The notes: generated by a model not told the origin, from the letters alone. A stretch of DNA of 64,000 nt from Planctomycetota bacterium (GCA_046290465.1 JBKAGP010000001.1:5152001-5216000), one strand, 5' to 3'; shown: positions 18,779 to 27,733, numbered from the stretch's first letter. Translations and numbers: made by a program.

Positions 18779-19666
18779 ATGACCAGCGTCGGAGCAGACC
18801 CACGCGAGTGCGTTCGCCGCGCGCTCGCCGAAGACCTTGGTTCGGATGGACTCGCCGTCACCAACGACGTGACGTCGGCGCTGTCGGTCGCCATCGAACA
18901 ACGCGGCCGCGGCGTGATCCGGGCCAAGTCGACCGGCGTGCTGGCCGGCATCGAGTGCGCCATCGAGAGCTTCCGCATGCTGGACGCCGGTTGCACGGTC
19001 GAGCCGCTGCTGCAGGACGGTGACCCGTTCGAGGCGGGCGTCGAGGTGCTGCGCTTCGAGGGCGCGATGGCGTCGCTGCTCGCCGCCGAGCGCACCGCGC
19101 TGAACTTCCTGCAGCGCCTGTCGGGTGTGGCGACGCGCACCCGGCAGTTCGTCGACCGGGTCGCCGGCACCGGCGCGCGCATCCTCGATACGCGCAAGAC
19201 CACGCCCGGCCTGCGCTACCTCGAGAAGGCCGCGGTCGTCGCCGGTGGCGGCGAGAACCACCGCATCGGCCTGTTCGATCAGGTGCTGCTCAAGGAGAAC
19301 CACTTCGGCTTCGCCAGGCCGACCAGCTACGAGGACGTGGTGCGTCGCTGCTGCGAGGGCCACGATCGACCGGTGATCGCCGAGGCCCGCACCGTCGACG
19401 AGGCGGTCGCCGCGGTCGCCGGTGGTGCCGGCGTCGTGCTGCTCGACAACTTCGAGGCGGGCGAACCGCTGCGCGCCGCCGTGGCGGCCGTTCGCGAAGC
19501 CGCGCGCACCGCCGGTCGCCGGGTCGAGACCGAGGCCTCCGGTGGCATCGACCTCGACACCGTGCGCAGCTACGCGGAGTGCGGCGTCGACCGGATCTCG
19601 GTCGGGTCGCTGACGCACTCGGCGCCCGCGGTCGACCTGTCGATGGTCGTGGAGGGCGTGCAGTGA
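18779..19666 (+). CDS. nadC: Nicotinate-nucleotide pyrophosphorylase (quinolinate phosphoribosyltransferase)
   Basis: AERTALNFLQRLSGVAT, DTRKTTPGLR, NHRIGL, LLDNF, EASGGI, SVGSLTHS. Confidence 0.96.
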   Translation: MTSVGADPRECVRRALAEDLGSDGLAVTNDVTSALSVAIEQRGRGVIRAKSTGVLAGIECAIESFRMLDAGCTVEPLLQDGDPFEAGVEVLRFEGAMASLLAAERTALNFLQRLSGVATRTRQFVDRVAGTGARILDTRKTTPGLRYLEKAAVVAGGGENHRIGLFDQVLLKENHFGFARPTSYEDVVRRCCEGHDRPVIAEARTVDEAVAAVAGGAGVVLLDNFEAGEPLRAAVAAVREAARTAGRRVETEASGGIDLDTVRSYAECGVDRISVGSLTHSAPAVDLSMVVEGVQ

Positions 19667-20094
19667 GCGCCAACGAACTGACGTTCCCTCCCGACGGAGC
19701 GGTGCTGCGCGAGGTCCGCGCGAACGTGCGCAAGATCGCCGCGTCGCTCGGCGCCGAGCCGAGCGTCTGCGACAACCTGGCGCTGGTCGTCGACGAACTG
19801 GTCAACAACGCGATCGAGCACGGCGCCTCCTACCGGAAGTCGAGTCAGGACCTGCGGGTGGCGATCGGTGTCGACGGGGACCGCCTGACGATCGACTTCT
19901 TCGATCCGGAGATGCCGGCGGACCAGGTGCAGGAGCTGTCCTCGGCGCTCGCCGAGACGGCCAACGGCATGCCGTCGCTCGACAGCGAGCGCGGCCGCGG
20001 CCTGTTCCTGCTGTCGGTCTACCTCGAGGACCTGCGCGCCGAGGCGGCGCCGCAAGGCGGCCTGCGCCTGTCGGGGCGCATCCAGCGGCAGTGA
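19663..20094 (+). CDS. RsbW-like anti-sigma factor / HATPase_c protein
   Basis: LVVDELVNNAIEHG and ERGRGLFL motifs; GTGA overlap with nadC. Confidence 0.85.
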   Translation: MSANELTFPPDGAVLREVRANVRKIAASLGAEPSVCDNLALVVDELVNNAIEHGASYRKSSQDLRVAIGVDGDRLTIDFFDPEMPADQVQELSSALAETANGMPSLDSERGRGLFLLSVYLEDLRAEAAPQGGLRLSGRIQRQ

Positions 20095-20582
20095 CCGCGC
20101 CCGCGCTGGCCGGCCTGGTCGACGCGTGGCTGCGGCTGCCGCGCGCGCTGCGCGCCTGCGTGCCGCTGATCGGCATGGCCGTGCTGTGGTGGTCGTCGTC
20201 GCGCGTGCCCGGCGACGAACCGCACAGCACCGCCCGCTCGTTGTTCCACAACTCGATGCACGTCATCGCCTACGGCTGCATCGGCGCGGCGGTCTGGCTG
20301 GCGTGGTCGCGTCGCCCCGCCGGCGAGCCGCAGCGGTTCCGTTCGTGGGGCTCGTGGCTGGTGGCGACCGCGTACGGCGTCGTCGACGAACTGCACCAGT
20401 CGTTCGTGCCCGGCCGCGACTGTTCGCTGTTCGACCTGGTGTCGGATGCCGCCGGCGCGGCGCTGGCCGTCGTGCTGCTGCGCGGCATCGTCGGCGTGTC
20501 GCGCAGCTGGCGCCGCGACGCATGGCTGTTCGTCGGTGTGGGGCTGGTCGGCGTGCTCACCGCGACGTTCGTCAGCTGGTGA
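20091..20582 (+). CDS. VanZ family membrane protein
   Basis: HVIAYG, YGVVDELHQSFVPGRDCSLFDLVSDAAG. Confidence 0.9.
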   Translation: MTAPALAGLVDAWLRLPRALRACVPLIGMAVLWWSSSRVPGDEPHSTARSLFHNSMHVIAYGCIGAAVWLAWSRRPAGEPQRFRSWGSWLVATAYGVVDELHQSFVPGRDCSLFDLVSDAAGAALAVVLLRGIVGVSRSWRRDAWLFVGVGLVGVLTATFVSW

Positions 20583-20692
20583 CTCGCTGCCGGGACACTG
20601 CGTGTAACGTCTGCGAGAACCTGACGCTAAGGGCGATTTGTTCACTCCTTCGCTGCCACGCGGCGCGCCGCTGCAGCGCTGTTGGGGGTGCC

Positions 20693-21202
20693 ATGAAGCG
20701 ATTCCCTTTGCTGTTGGCAGCCCTTCTCGGGGTTGTCGTCTCGGTGCCCGCGCAGAACCGTCGCTCCGGGCGCCACCACCAGGGCCAGGTCGTCACCGTG
20801 CAGCCGGCTGCGCGCGGCCCGGTCCAGAACCAGGCCTTCCGTCAGGGCCAGCCCGTTTCGGGGTCGCGCTCGGCGCGGCGCGGCGGCGTCGATCGGCGCG
20901 CCACCCGCAACGTCAACCGCGGCGCCATCCGCAGCGGTCGGCATGACGGGCGCGGCGTCTCGCGCCGCAGCTACGGTCGCCACGACGTCCATCGCCGAAG
21001 CTTCGGCAGGTGGGAGACCCGCTGCGAACGCGTGCTGGTGCCGGGCTACTGGGATCGGCAGCACGTGCCGGCCGTGTTCGGCTGGATCTACGACAGCTGC
21101 GGCCGCCGGCACTGGGGCATCGTGACCCCGGCGTGCTACCAGCGCGTGTGGGTGCCGGCGCGCTACGAAACCCGCAGCCGCCGCGTCTGGGTGCGCCACT
21201 GA
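20693..21202 (+). CDS. Secreted Arg/Gly-rich protein with C-terminal VPGxW-type beta-hairpin repeats
   Basis: Signal peptide MKRFPLLL...VPA-Q; VLVPGYW and VWVPARY repeats; SD-like GGGGG upstream. Confidence 0.7.
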   Translation: MKRFPLLLAALLGVVVSVPAQNRRSGRHHQGQVVTVQPAARGPVQNQAFRQGQPVSGSRSARRGGVDRRATRNVNRGAIRSGRHDGRGVSRRSYGRHDVHRRSFGRWETRCERVLVPGYWDRQHVPAVFGWIYDSCGRRHWGIVTPACYQRVWVPARYETRSRRVWVRH

Positions 21203-21241
21203 TCGTGGCGCGGCGGTCGCCCGTCCTGTTGGATAGCCGAC

Positions 21242-22675
21242 ATGGAACGCGGCGACCGCTTCGATCACCCCCTCATCGAACGCTACGCGAGCAAGGACAT
21301 GGCTCGCCTGTTCTCGCCCCGTGCCCGTCACGGCGCCTGGCGGGACCTCTGGATCTGCCTCGCCGAGGCCGAGCAGCGCCTGGGCTTTCCGGTCACCCAA
21401 GAGCAGATCGCCGAGCTGCGCAAGCACCGCGACACCTTCGACTGGGAGCGCGTCGCCGAGCTCGAGAAGGAGCTGCGCCACGACGTGATGGCGCACGTGC
21501 ACCACTACGGTGAGCTGGCGCCGTCCGCCAAGCCGATCATCCACCTCGGCGCGACCAGCTGCTACGTGACCGACAACGGCGACCTGGTCATCTACCGCGA
21601 GGCGCTGCGCCTGATCGCGCGCCGGCTGCAGGCGTGCATCCGCAACCTCGCCGCGTTCGCCAGGCAGTGGCGCGCCGAGCCGTGCCTCGGCTACACGCAC
21701 TTCCAGGTCGCGCAGCCGGTCACGGTCGGCAAGCGCGCGTGCCTGTGGGCGCAGGACCTCGCGCTCGACCTCGACGAGACGCTGCGCGTGGCCGAATGGC
21801 TGCCGTTCCGCGGCGTCAAGGGAACGACCGGCACGCAGGCGACGTTCTTGCTGCTCGCGGGCGGCGACCACGGCAAGGTCGAAGAACTCGACCGGCTGGT
21901 GACCGAGGGCATGGGATTCGGCCGATCGATCCCGGTCAGCGGTCAGACCTACACACGCAAGATCGACTGGAGCATCCACCAGGTGCTGTCGGCGATCGCG
22001 CAGTCGGCGAGCAAGTTCGCCAACGACCTGCGCCTGCTGTCGCACGAGGGCGAGATCGAGGAGCCGAGCGAGTCGAAGCAGATCGGCAGCTCGGCGATGG
22101 CCTACAAGAAGAACCCGATGCGCTGCGAGCGCGTCAACTCGCTGGCGCGCTACGTCATCGAGGCCGCCAACACCAGCGCGCACACCGCGGCGACGCAGTG
22201 GCTCGAGCGCACGCTCGACGACTCGGCGATCCGCCGCATCGCGCTGCCCGAGTCGTTCCTGGCGATCGACGGCATCCTGATGCTGGTCGAGAACGTCACC
22301 AAGGGCCTGGTCGTCTACCCGAAGGTCATCGAGAAGAAGCTGACCGAGCAGCTGCCGTTCCTGGCGACCGAGGAGATCCTGATGGCCGGGGTCGCCGCCG
22401 GTGGCGACCGCCAGGATCTGCACGAACGGGTGCGCGTGCACAGCCGCGCCGCGGCGCATGCGGTCAAGGCCGAGGGCAAGGCCAACCCGCTGATGCAGCT
22501 GATCGCCGACGATCCGGCGTTCGCGGCGATCAAGGACCGCCTCCCGGACCTGCTGCAGCCGAGCCGCTTCGTCGGCCGCTGCGCCGAGCAGGTCGACGCG
22601 TTCGTGCAGAACGAGGTCGAGCCGCGGCTTTCGGGTGCCGAACTCGACGGGCTCGCCGGCGAGATCCGGGTCTAG
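21242..22675 (+). CDS. purB: Adenylosuccinate lyase
   Basis: RYAS, RHDVMAHVH, IHLGATS, GYTHFQ, GSSAMAYKKNP signature. Confidence 0.96.
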   Translation: MERGDRFDHPLIERYASKDMARLFSPRARHGAWRDLWICLAEAEQRLGFPVTQEQIAELRKHRDTFDWERVAELEKELRHDVMAHVHHYGELAPSAKPIIHLGATSCYVTDNGDLVIYREALRLIARRLQACIRNLAAFARQWRAEPCLGYTHFQVAQPVTVGKRACLWAQDLALDLDETLRVAEWLPFRGVKGTTGTQATFLLLAGGDHGKVEELDRLVTEGMGFGRSIPVSGQTYTRKIDWSIHQVLSAIAQSASKFANDLRLLSHEGEIEEPSESKQIGSSAMAYKKNPMRCERVNSLARYVIEAANTSAHTAATQWLERTLDDSAIRRIALPESFLAIDGILMLVENVTKGLVVYPKVIEKKLTEQLPFLATEEILMAGVAAGGDRQDLHERVRVHSRAAAHAVKAEGKANPLMQLIADDPAFAAIKDRLPDLLQPSRFVGRCAEQVDAFVQNEVEPRLSGAELDGLAGEIRV

Positions 22676-22758
22676 GAGCGCGTCCATGTAGTGGACGCGC
22701 TGCCGACCGTGATCGCGGAAGCGGCGTGTACGCGTGCGGACGGGGCTTTGCCCACTAG
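22675..22758. mobile_element. 84-bp MITE/REP-like element, copy 1
   Basis: 83 of 84 nt identical to 34220-34303; internal hairpin AGCGCGTCCA-TGTAG-TGGACGCGCT; CTAG at both ends (22672-22675, 22755-22758). Confidence 0.75.
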
Positions 22759-22807
22759 CTGGCCGGTCGGGCGCCTCGGGTCAGGCTCCGTCGCGCGCCA
22801 GAGGGTG

Positions 22808-24175
22808 TCAGGGGAGCACGGCGCCGCCGAGGATGTCGGTGAAGTAGATGACGCTGTTGCTATCGACCGCGACGGCCTGCGTCAGGAACACCTGGCCAAC
22901 GATGCCTGGAGTGCTGGGGACATCGATAGGTTGGTAGACGAGCCAGCTCGCGACGTCGCCCGAAACGGTGCGCAGCGACACCGGTAGATTCTGGGTGGTG
23001 TCGATGACGAACTGATCCGGTCCAAGTTGGACCAGGGGATAGGTTCCAGCCGATCCCGGTCCGGCGAGGGTGATGGTCGTTGCGATCAGTATCGGGGTCG
23101 GGACGTTGGCGGACACCGGGCAGCTCAGCTGCAGTGGTTGCCCTGCGGAGAACGGCCCCGAGAACTGAAGTTCTCCCAGTTCCAGGTCTGGAGTGCTGCT
23201 CGTCGAGCCTGGCGTGCCGAACCGCACCATGCATCGTTGTCGATGGATCTCGCCGGGAGACGAAGCGCGATGAACGCCGTAGACGACCCCTGCTTCCAGT
23301 GCGGTTGCCGCCGGGATGGTGACCGAGGTGTCCACCGGCAACTGCGTCGCCGTGCCCAGTGTCGCGCCGGTGTCCAGGCGCGACAGGATGTAGGTGTGGC
23401 TATGCCCTTGCCCGCAGTGAAGGTGCACGGAAGTGGCTCCTTCGCGAAACGACCTCTGGTTCAGCATGAACTGGTCGCCGCTGATTACCGTGGGCGTGAT
23501 CGGCGTGGATTGCGCGGTCGCGACGTCCACGAGTGCGAAAGCCGGGGTGCCGTAGACCTCGGCGGCAATGGAGACTCGAGGCGAGATCCGAAGCTTGGTG
23601 GCTGCAGTTGTGCGTGGTTCGAGTCCGAAGGCCAGGTCACCGAAGGGTAGGAGCTTCAGCGATGCCGTTGCCGTCGACAACGCAGGGATGTCGCCTGATG
23701 CGTCATACCAAGCCGAGAGCATGAGGCCGCTGAGTGGGGTCGTGCCGTCCCAAGTGGCGCGCCACGTAATTCGGCTCAGGTTGTCGATGCAATACAACGA
23801 TTCATCGACGCTGTCGAAGGCGACGCCGTCCGGTCGTTGGCCGGGCAGGAACAGCGTCGAGATCAGGCTGTAAGGATCCTGAGTGCCTGCCTTGCGGCGA
23901 AGGTGACGGATGCAGCCCACTCCCGGCTGCGATTCTCCGACGATCAGGACGTTGTCCTGAAGGGGGTGCGACGGTGTCGTGCGGGAATACCAAGAGGTTG
24001 CGCCGCGGGTCTCTTGCAGGCCCGTCGCCGTTGATGCAGACGTGCCCAACGGGGTCGCGGTTTCGGCCTGCGCATCGATGTAGCAATGTGGGTTGACGGT
24101 CCGGAAGTCGGGGTCTTGAGCGATACAGATGGTCCCCGCACATAGGGTCGCCCACAGGAAATGGCTAGCGTTCAT
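22808..24175 (-). CDS. Secreted beta-rich hypothetical protein in lower-GC island
   Basis: Signal peptide; atypical codon usage; C-terminal IDVPSTPGIVGQVFLTQAVAVD segment. Confidence 0.75.
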   Translation of the reverse strand: MNASHFLWATLCAGTICIAQDPDFRTVNPHCYIDAQAETATPLGTSASTATGLQETRGATSWYSRTTPSHPLQDNVLIVGESQPGVGCIRHLRRKAGTQDPYSLISTLFLPGQRPDGVAFDSVDESLYCIDNLSRITWRATWDGTTPLSGLMLSAWYDASGDIPALSTATASLKLLPFGDLAFGLEPRTTAATKLRISPRVSIAAEVYGTPAFALVDVATAQSTPITPTVISGDQFMLNQRSFREGATSVHLHCGQGHSHTYILSRLDTGATLGTATQLPVDTSVTIPAATALEAGVVYGVHRASSPGEIHRQRCMVRFGTPGSTSSTPDLELGELQFSGPFSAGQPLQLSCPVSANVPTPILIATTITLAGPGSAGTYPLVQLGPDQFVIDTTQNLPVSLRTVSGDVASWLVYQPIDVPSTPGIVGQVFLTQAVAVDSNSVIYFTDILGGAVLP

Positions 24176-24193
24176 GGTTGTCTGTTTGCCTGC

Positions 24194-25018
24194 TTAGATC
24201 TCAACGGGGAAAATCGGTTGGGGGCAGCCTGCAAGTAGCGAGAGGCGAATTGCCTCCCCCTTTGCTTTGAGCGCGTCAACTTGTAGTGTGAGAGACTGGA
24301 GGTTGGCGGCTGAGGGGTCGGGGTCAGTCGCTGGGCCGGCGTAGCTGTCGCGTAGAAACTCTAAGAAGCTGGCGTCAACACTGAGCATCACGGCCTGGTT
24401 GACTTGAATCGCAATGGTTGATTTGACTTGGTCGGGTGTCATTCCGAACTCAGGCGGAAGTCCCGCTATTGCGTTACCCTCAAGTATCTGTCGGTGAGCG
24501 TCATATTCCGTGAGTGTCTGGTCGAGCCGATGCATTTCGTGCGAGATCATCCAGGCCATAATGCTCGGTAGTTGTCCGAATACCTGGGGGTCAAATGCGG
24601 TCTCCTCTCCGTCTTGGATCCCCGGACGAAATGCTCGACACTTCCCCTGATCGATCAAGAGAGTGTCGAGTGTGGGTGGCATTGTGCATGCATACGCACT
24701 CAGCTTTCGCTCCTCCTCTTGTTGGGCGCGGTATCCCGGTAGAAGGCCCAACATCGGATGGCCTAGATATGCGCGCCCCTTGGCTTCTGCTAGCCGCTCA
24801 AATCGTTTCTTTGCGAATGGCAGCAGCTTCCCTGACCGTTCGGATGTAGGCGAGCCCGAGCTGGCGTCGGCTTCTAGGGAGGCGATCCACCCAGACATTT
24901 TATCAAACGCGACGCATAGTTGTTCAAACTGCGGCCCGAGAACTTGGATGGGGGCCGCTTGTGCGAGCAGCGGGGCCGCCATCATTGTATACAGGGCGAT
25001 GTGGGCGAGGTGACGCAT
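24194..25018 (-). CDS. Secreted hypothetical protein in lower-GC island
   Basis: Signal peptide (PLLA-Q); many A/T-ending codons; SHEMH segment. Confidence 0.65.
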   Translation of the reverse strand: MRHLAHIALYTMMAAPLLAQAAPIQVLGPQFEQLCVAFDKMSGWIASLEADASSGSPTSERSGKLLPFAKKRFERLAEAKGRAYLGHPMLGLLPGYRAQQEEERKLSAYACTMPPTLDTLLIDQGKCRAFRPGIQDGEETAFDPQVFGQLPSIMAWMISHEMHRLDQTLTEYDAHRQILEGNAIAGLPPEFGMTPDQVKSTIAIQVNQAVMLSVDASFLEFLRDSYAGPATDPDPSAANLQSLTLQVDALKAKGEAIRLSLLAGCPQPIFPVEI

Positions 25019-25359
25019 CGTGCAGTGCTCGGTTGCTGTGTGATGAGTGTAGGGGTGTTGTTCTTGCGCGAGTTGCGCGTCGATTCACGGTAGCTTGAGA
25101 AGGTGTAGCGGTTCAAGGGTCTCTTCGTTCAAGGTAGTGGGGTGTTGTTACCTGGAGCTGGGGGGCAATCAATGAATGCGTTGCGTTATTGTGTGATTCG
25201 GTGGGCGTCAAGTAGTTTGGCCATGCGGCTGGCGCGGTCGCGAACTCCGTCTCGCTTGCTTCGCCCAGGCGGATTCAGGCGGCAGACCTGAGTCTGGTAG
25301 GGATCCGATCGCGCCCCGGCCCGTATCAGGGCGGGTCCTCCCCGACCCCGCCCTTCGCC

Positions 25360-25779
25360 ATGAACGCCCACCGCCTCACCTGGATCGCGCGCATCGTCGT
25401 CGCGGTCATCCTGCTGCAGACCCTGACCTTCAAGTTCACCGCCGCGCCCGAGTCGGTCTACATCTTCGAAACCGTGGGCATGGAGCCGGTCGGCCGCATC
25501 GGCAGCGGTATCGCCGAACTGATCGCCGGCGTGCTGCTGCTGATCCCGGGTCGTCGCTTCGCCGCCGCCGGCGCGGCGCTGGCGCTCGGGGTGATCTCGG
25601 GCGCGATCTTCTTCCACCTGACGAAGCTCGGGATCGTCGTGCAGGACGACGGGGGCCAGCTGTTCGTGATGGCGGTCGTGGTCTTCGTCGGCTCGGCGTT
25701 CGTGCTGCTGCGCAACTTCGGCGGGCTGCTGGAGTGGCTGCCCGGCCGCACCACGCCGCCGCCGCCGGAAAACGCCTGA
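25360..25779 (+). CDS. DoxX-like membrane protein
   Basis: ILLQTLTFKFTAAPESVYIF...GRIGSGIAELIA...FHLTKLGI...DGGQLF. Confidence 0.88.
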   Translation: MNAHRLTWIARIVVAVILLQTLTFKFTAAPESVYIFETVGMEPVGRIGSGIAELIAGVLLLIPGRRFAAAGAALALGVISGAIFFHLTKLGIVVQDDGGQLFVMAVVVFVGSAFVLLRNFGGLLEWLPGRTTPPPPENA

Positions 25780-25840
25780 CGGCACCGGCGTTGCGGGGGT
25801 CCTTGCGCCTGACCCTTTCCGTCGCCAGAAGGACCCCTCG

Positions 25841-27589
25841 ATGACCGCGATCGCCTGCCTCCGCCCGTTCGTCCCGTTCGCCCTGCTGCTGTGCTTCGGC
25901 CATGCGCAGGAGGAACCCCAGAAGCCCCAGAAGCCCCAGAAGCCACTGACGACGCGCGTCTACGACGTGCGCGACGTGGTCCGGATCGAGCCCGACTACC
26001 AGCCGGCGACGGCGATCGAGGCGTCGTTCGTGCCGACCGAGCGCGAGGTCCGCGAGGACAGGCTGCAGGCGCTCGATCTCGGCGATGCGGTCACGCTCGC
26101 GATGATGGGGTCCTCGCCGATGTACTGGGAACGGGAGGGCGTCGAACTCCGTCCCGAGGACTCGGGCTTCCTGACCGTGACCTGTGACGCCGCGATGCAC
26201 CAGCGGGTGCAGCAGGTGCTGCAGCAGGTCCGGGCGATGCTGTTCGAGACCGTGCTGGTCGAGGTGCACGAGGTGCCGGGGGACGCGCTCGATGGCCGCC
26301 CGTCGGTGCTGAGCGAGGCGATGGCCGACGGCCTGCTCGCGCAGCTCGGCGAGCATCGCGTGCACTTCGGTCGCGCCAACGTGCAGCGGCCGCTGTTGCT
26401 CGAGTCCAAGCGCACCCAAAACCGCATCGCCGGGCTCGGAGTCCGGGTCGCACAGGGGGCGTCGGCGCCGCAGCCGGAGGTCGCCACCGCGTCGTACGGT
26501 TCGAGCTGGAGCGTGCTGGCGACGCGCACCGTCGGCGATGCCCTGCTGGTCTCGGTGACCGGCAGCGACCGCGCCCTCGAGGAGAGCACGTCGAAGCGTC
26601 GGGTGCCGACGAGCAACGACGACGGGCCGGCGGTGCTGGAGTTCGCGGCGACCCGCATCGCGACCTGCCACGCGAGCGCCTACCTGAAGCCGGGCCAGTC
26701 GATGCTGGTCGGCACCAACGCGGCCGACGGTGCTGCCCTGTGCATCCGGGTGCGGCGCGCCGGCGCTCCGGTGAAGGACGCGATCGGTGAGCTGCGTGCG
26801 TTCTCGATCCGGTCGCTGATCGCCGGGGCGCGGCGTCCCGCGGCGGTCGTGCTGCCCGGTGGCGAGGCGACGCTGTTCCCCGAGATCGAATCCGAGCCGA
26901 CGCCGGCCGTCTGCGACGACGGTCGGTTGATCGAGGCGATCACCAGCCAGGTCGCGCCCGACAGCTGGGACGGCGATCCGAACACGTTGAACGCGCGCGG
27001 TGGCTACCTGTTTGCCTACACGCCCAGTGGCGACGAGGTCGCCGAGCAGGTCGCCGCGATGCTGCAGAAGTTGCAGGACCTCGACGCGCGGCAGTACTCG
27101 CTGGAGGTGCGCTTCGGCAAGGTCGCCGCCGACGCGCTGCGCACGCGGCCCGACCTGCTCGCCGAAAAGCTGACCCAGCGATGCCTGACGACCGTCTCGG
27201 CGAGCCGCGGCGCGCAGGTCAGCGCCACCCGGCACACGCCCTACGTCCGGGACTTCGGTGCCGTGATGGCCAGCGCCAGCGCGGCGACCTACCCGGAGGT
27301 CGGCGGCTTCGCCGAGGGCTTCCTGATGCGCGGCGAGATCGCCAACTCGGGCCAGGGCACCGTGCGCCTCGATCTGCACCTGACCACGCTGTCGCGCGGC
27401 GTCGAGACGCAGCCGTTCAACCTGGAGCATCCTCGGATCGGCGCGATCGATCGTGTCGACGTCCGCGAGAACAAGGTGCGCGGCGTCGCCACCGTCGAAG
27501 TGGGCGAGTGGACCCTGCTGAGCGTGTCGCCAGTCGAGGGCGGTCCCGGCCACGTTGCGGTCGTGGCGCGGGTGTCTTTGCTGCAGTAG
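25841..27589 (+). CDS. Secretin-like secreted protein with internal duplication
   Basis: Signal peptide, (PQK)x3 linker, TRVYDVRD, LIEAITSQVAPDSWD; two N3-like + beta-rich modules. Confidence 0.6.
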   Translation: MTAIACLRPFVPFALLLCFGHAQEEPQKPQKPQKPLTTRVYDVRDVVRIEPDYQPATAIEASFVPTEREVREDRLQALDLGDAVTLAMMGSSPMYWEREGVELRPEDSGFLTVTCDAAMHQRVQQVLQQVRAMLFETVLVEVHEVPGDALDGRPSVLSEAMADGLLAQLGEHRVHFGRANVQRPLLLESKRTQNRIAGLGVRVAQGASAPQPEVATASYGSSWSVLATRTVGDALLVSVTGSDRALEESTSKRRVPTSNDDGPAVLEFAATRIATCHASAYLKPGQSMLVGTNAADGAALCIRVRRAGAPVKDAIGELRAFSIRSLIAGARRPAAVVLPGGEATLFPEIESEPTPAVCDDGRLIEAITSQVAPDSWDGDPNTLNARGGYLFAYTPSGDEVAEQVAAMLQKLQDLDARQYSLEVRFGKVAADALRTRPDLLAEKLTQRCLTTVSASRGAQVSATRHTPYVRDFGAVMASASAATYPEVGGFAEGFLMRGEIANSGQGTVRLDLHLTTLSRGVETQPFNLEHPRIGAIDRVDVRENKVRGVATVEVGEWTLLSVSPVEGGPGHVAVVARVSLLQ

Positions 27590-27598
27590 CGCTGGAAT

Positions 27599-27637
27599 GC
27601 CATTGTGGCAGCTTCTATCGATGGCTGCCATAATGGC
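27599..27637 (+). promoter_or_regulatory. Putative enhancer (UAS) pair upstream of clpB
   Basis: GCCATTGTGGCAG-13 nt-CTGCCATAATGGC inverted pair; a related pair lies upstream of hsp20. Confidence 0.65.
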
Positions 27638-27717
27638 GGTCTCTCGGGCTGGCATCCTGTGCCCCGAGCGATCTGTAAGCGATTGTAATCAAGGGCTTTG
27701 CGGGTTTCGTCCGGGCC

Positions 27718-27733
27718 CGGCACGCCGCTCGCT
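27718..27733 (+). promoter_or_regulatory. Sigma-54 -24/-12 promoter of clpB
   Basis: CGGCACGCCGCTCGCT with GG-N10-GC spacing; IHF-like AATCAAGGGCTTT at 27687-27699. Confidence 0.6.

Noticed and set aside
25796..25838. GGGGTCCTT/AAGGACCCC hairpin before the secretin-like gene
   Set aside because: A 9-bp stem with a long loop and no U-tract; cannot be distinguished from chance in GC-rich DNA
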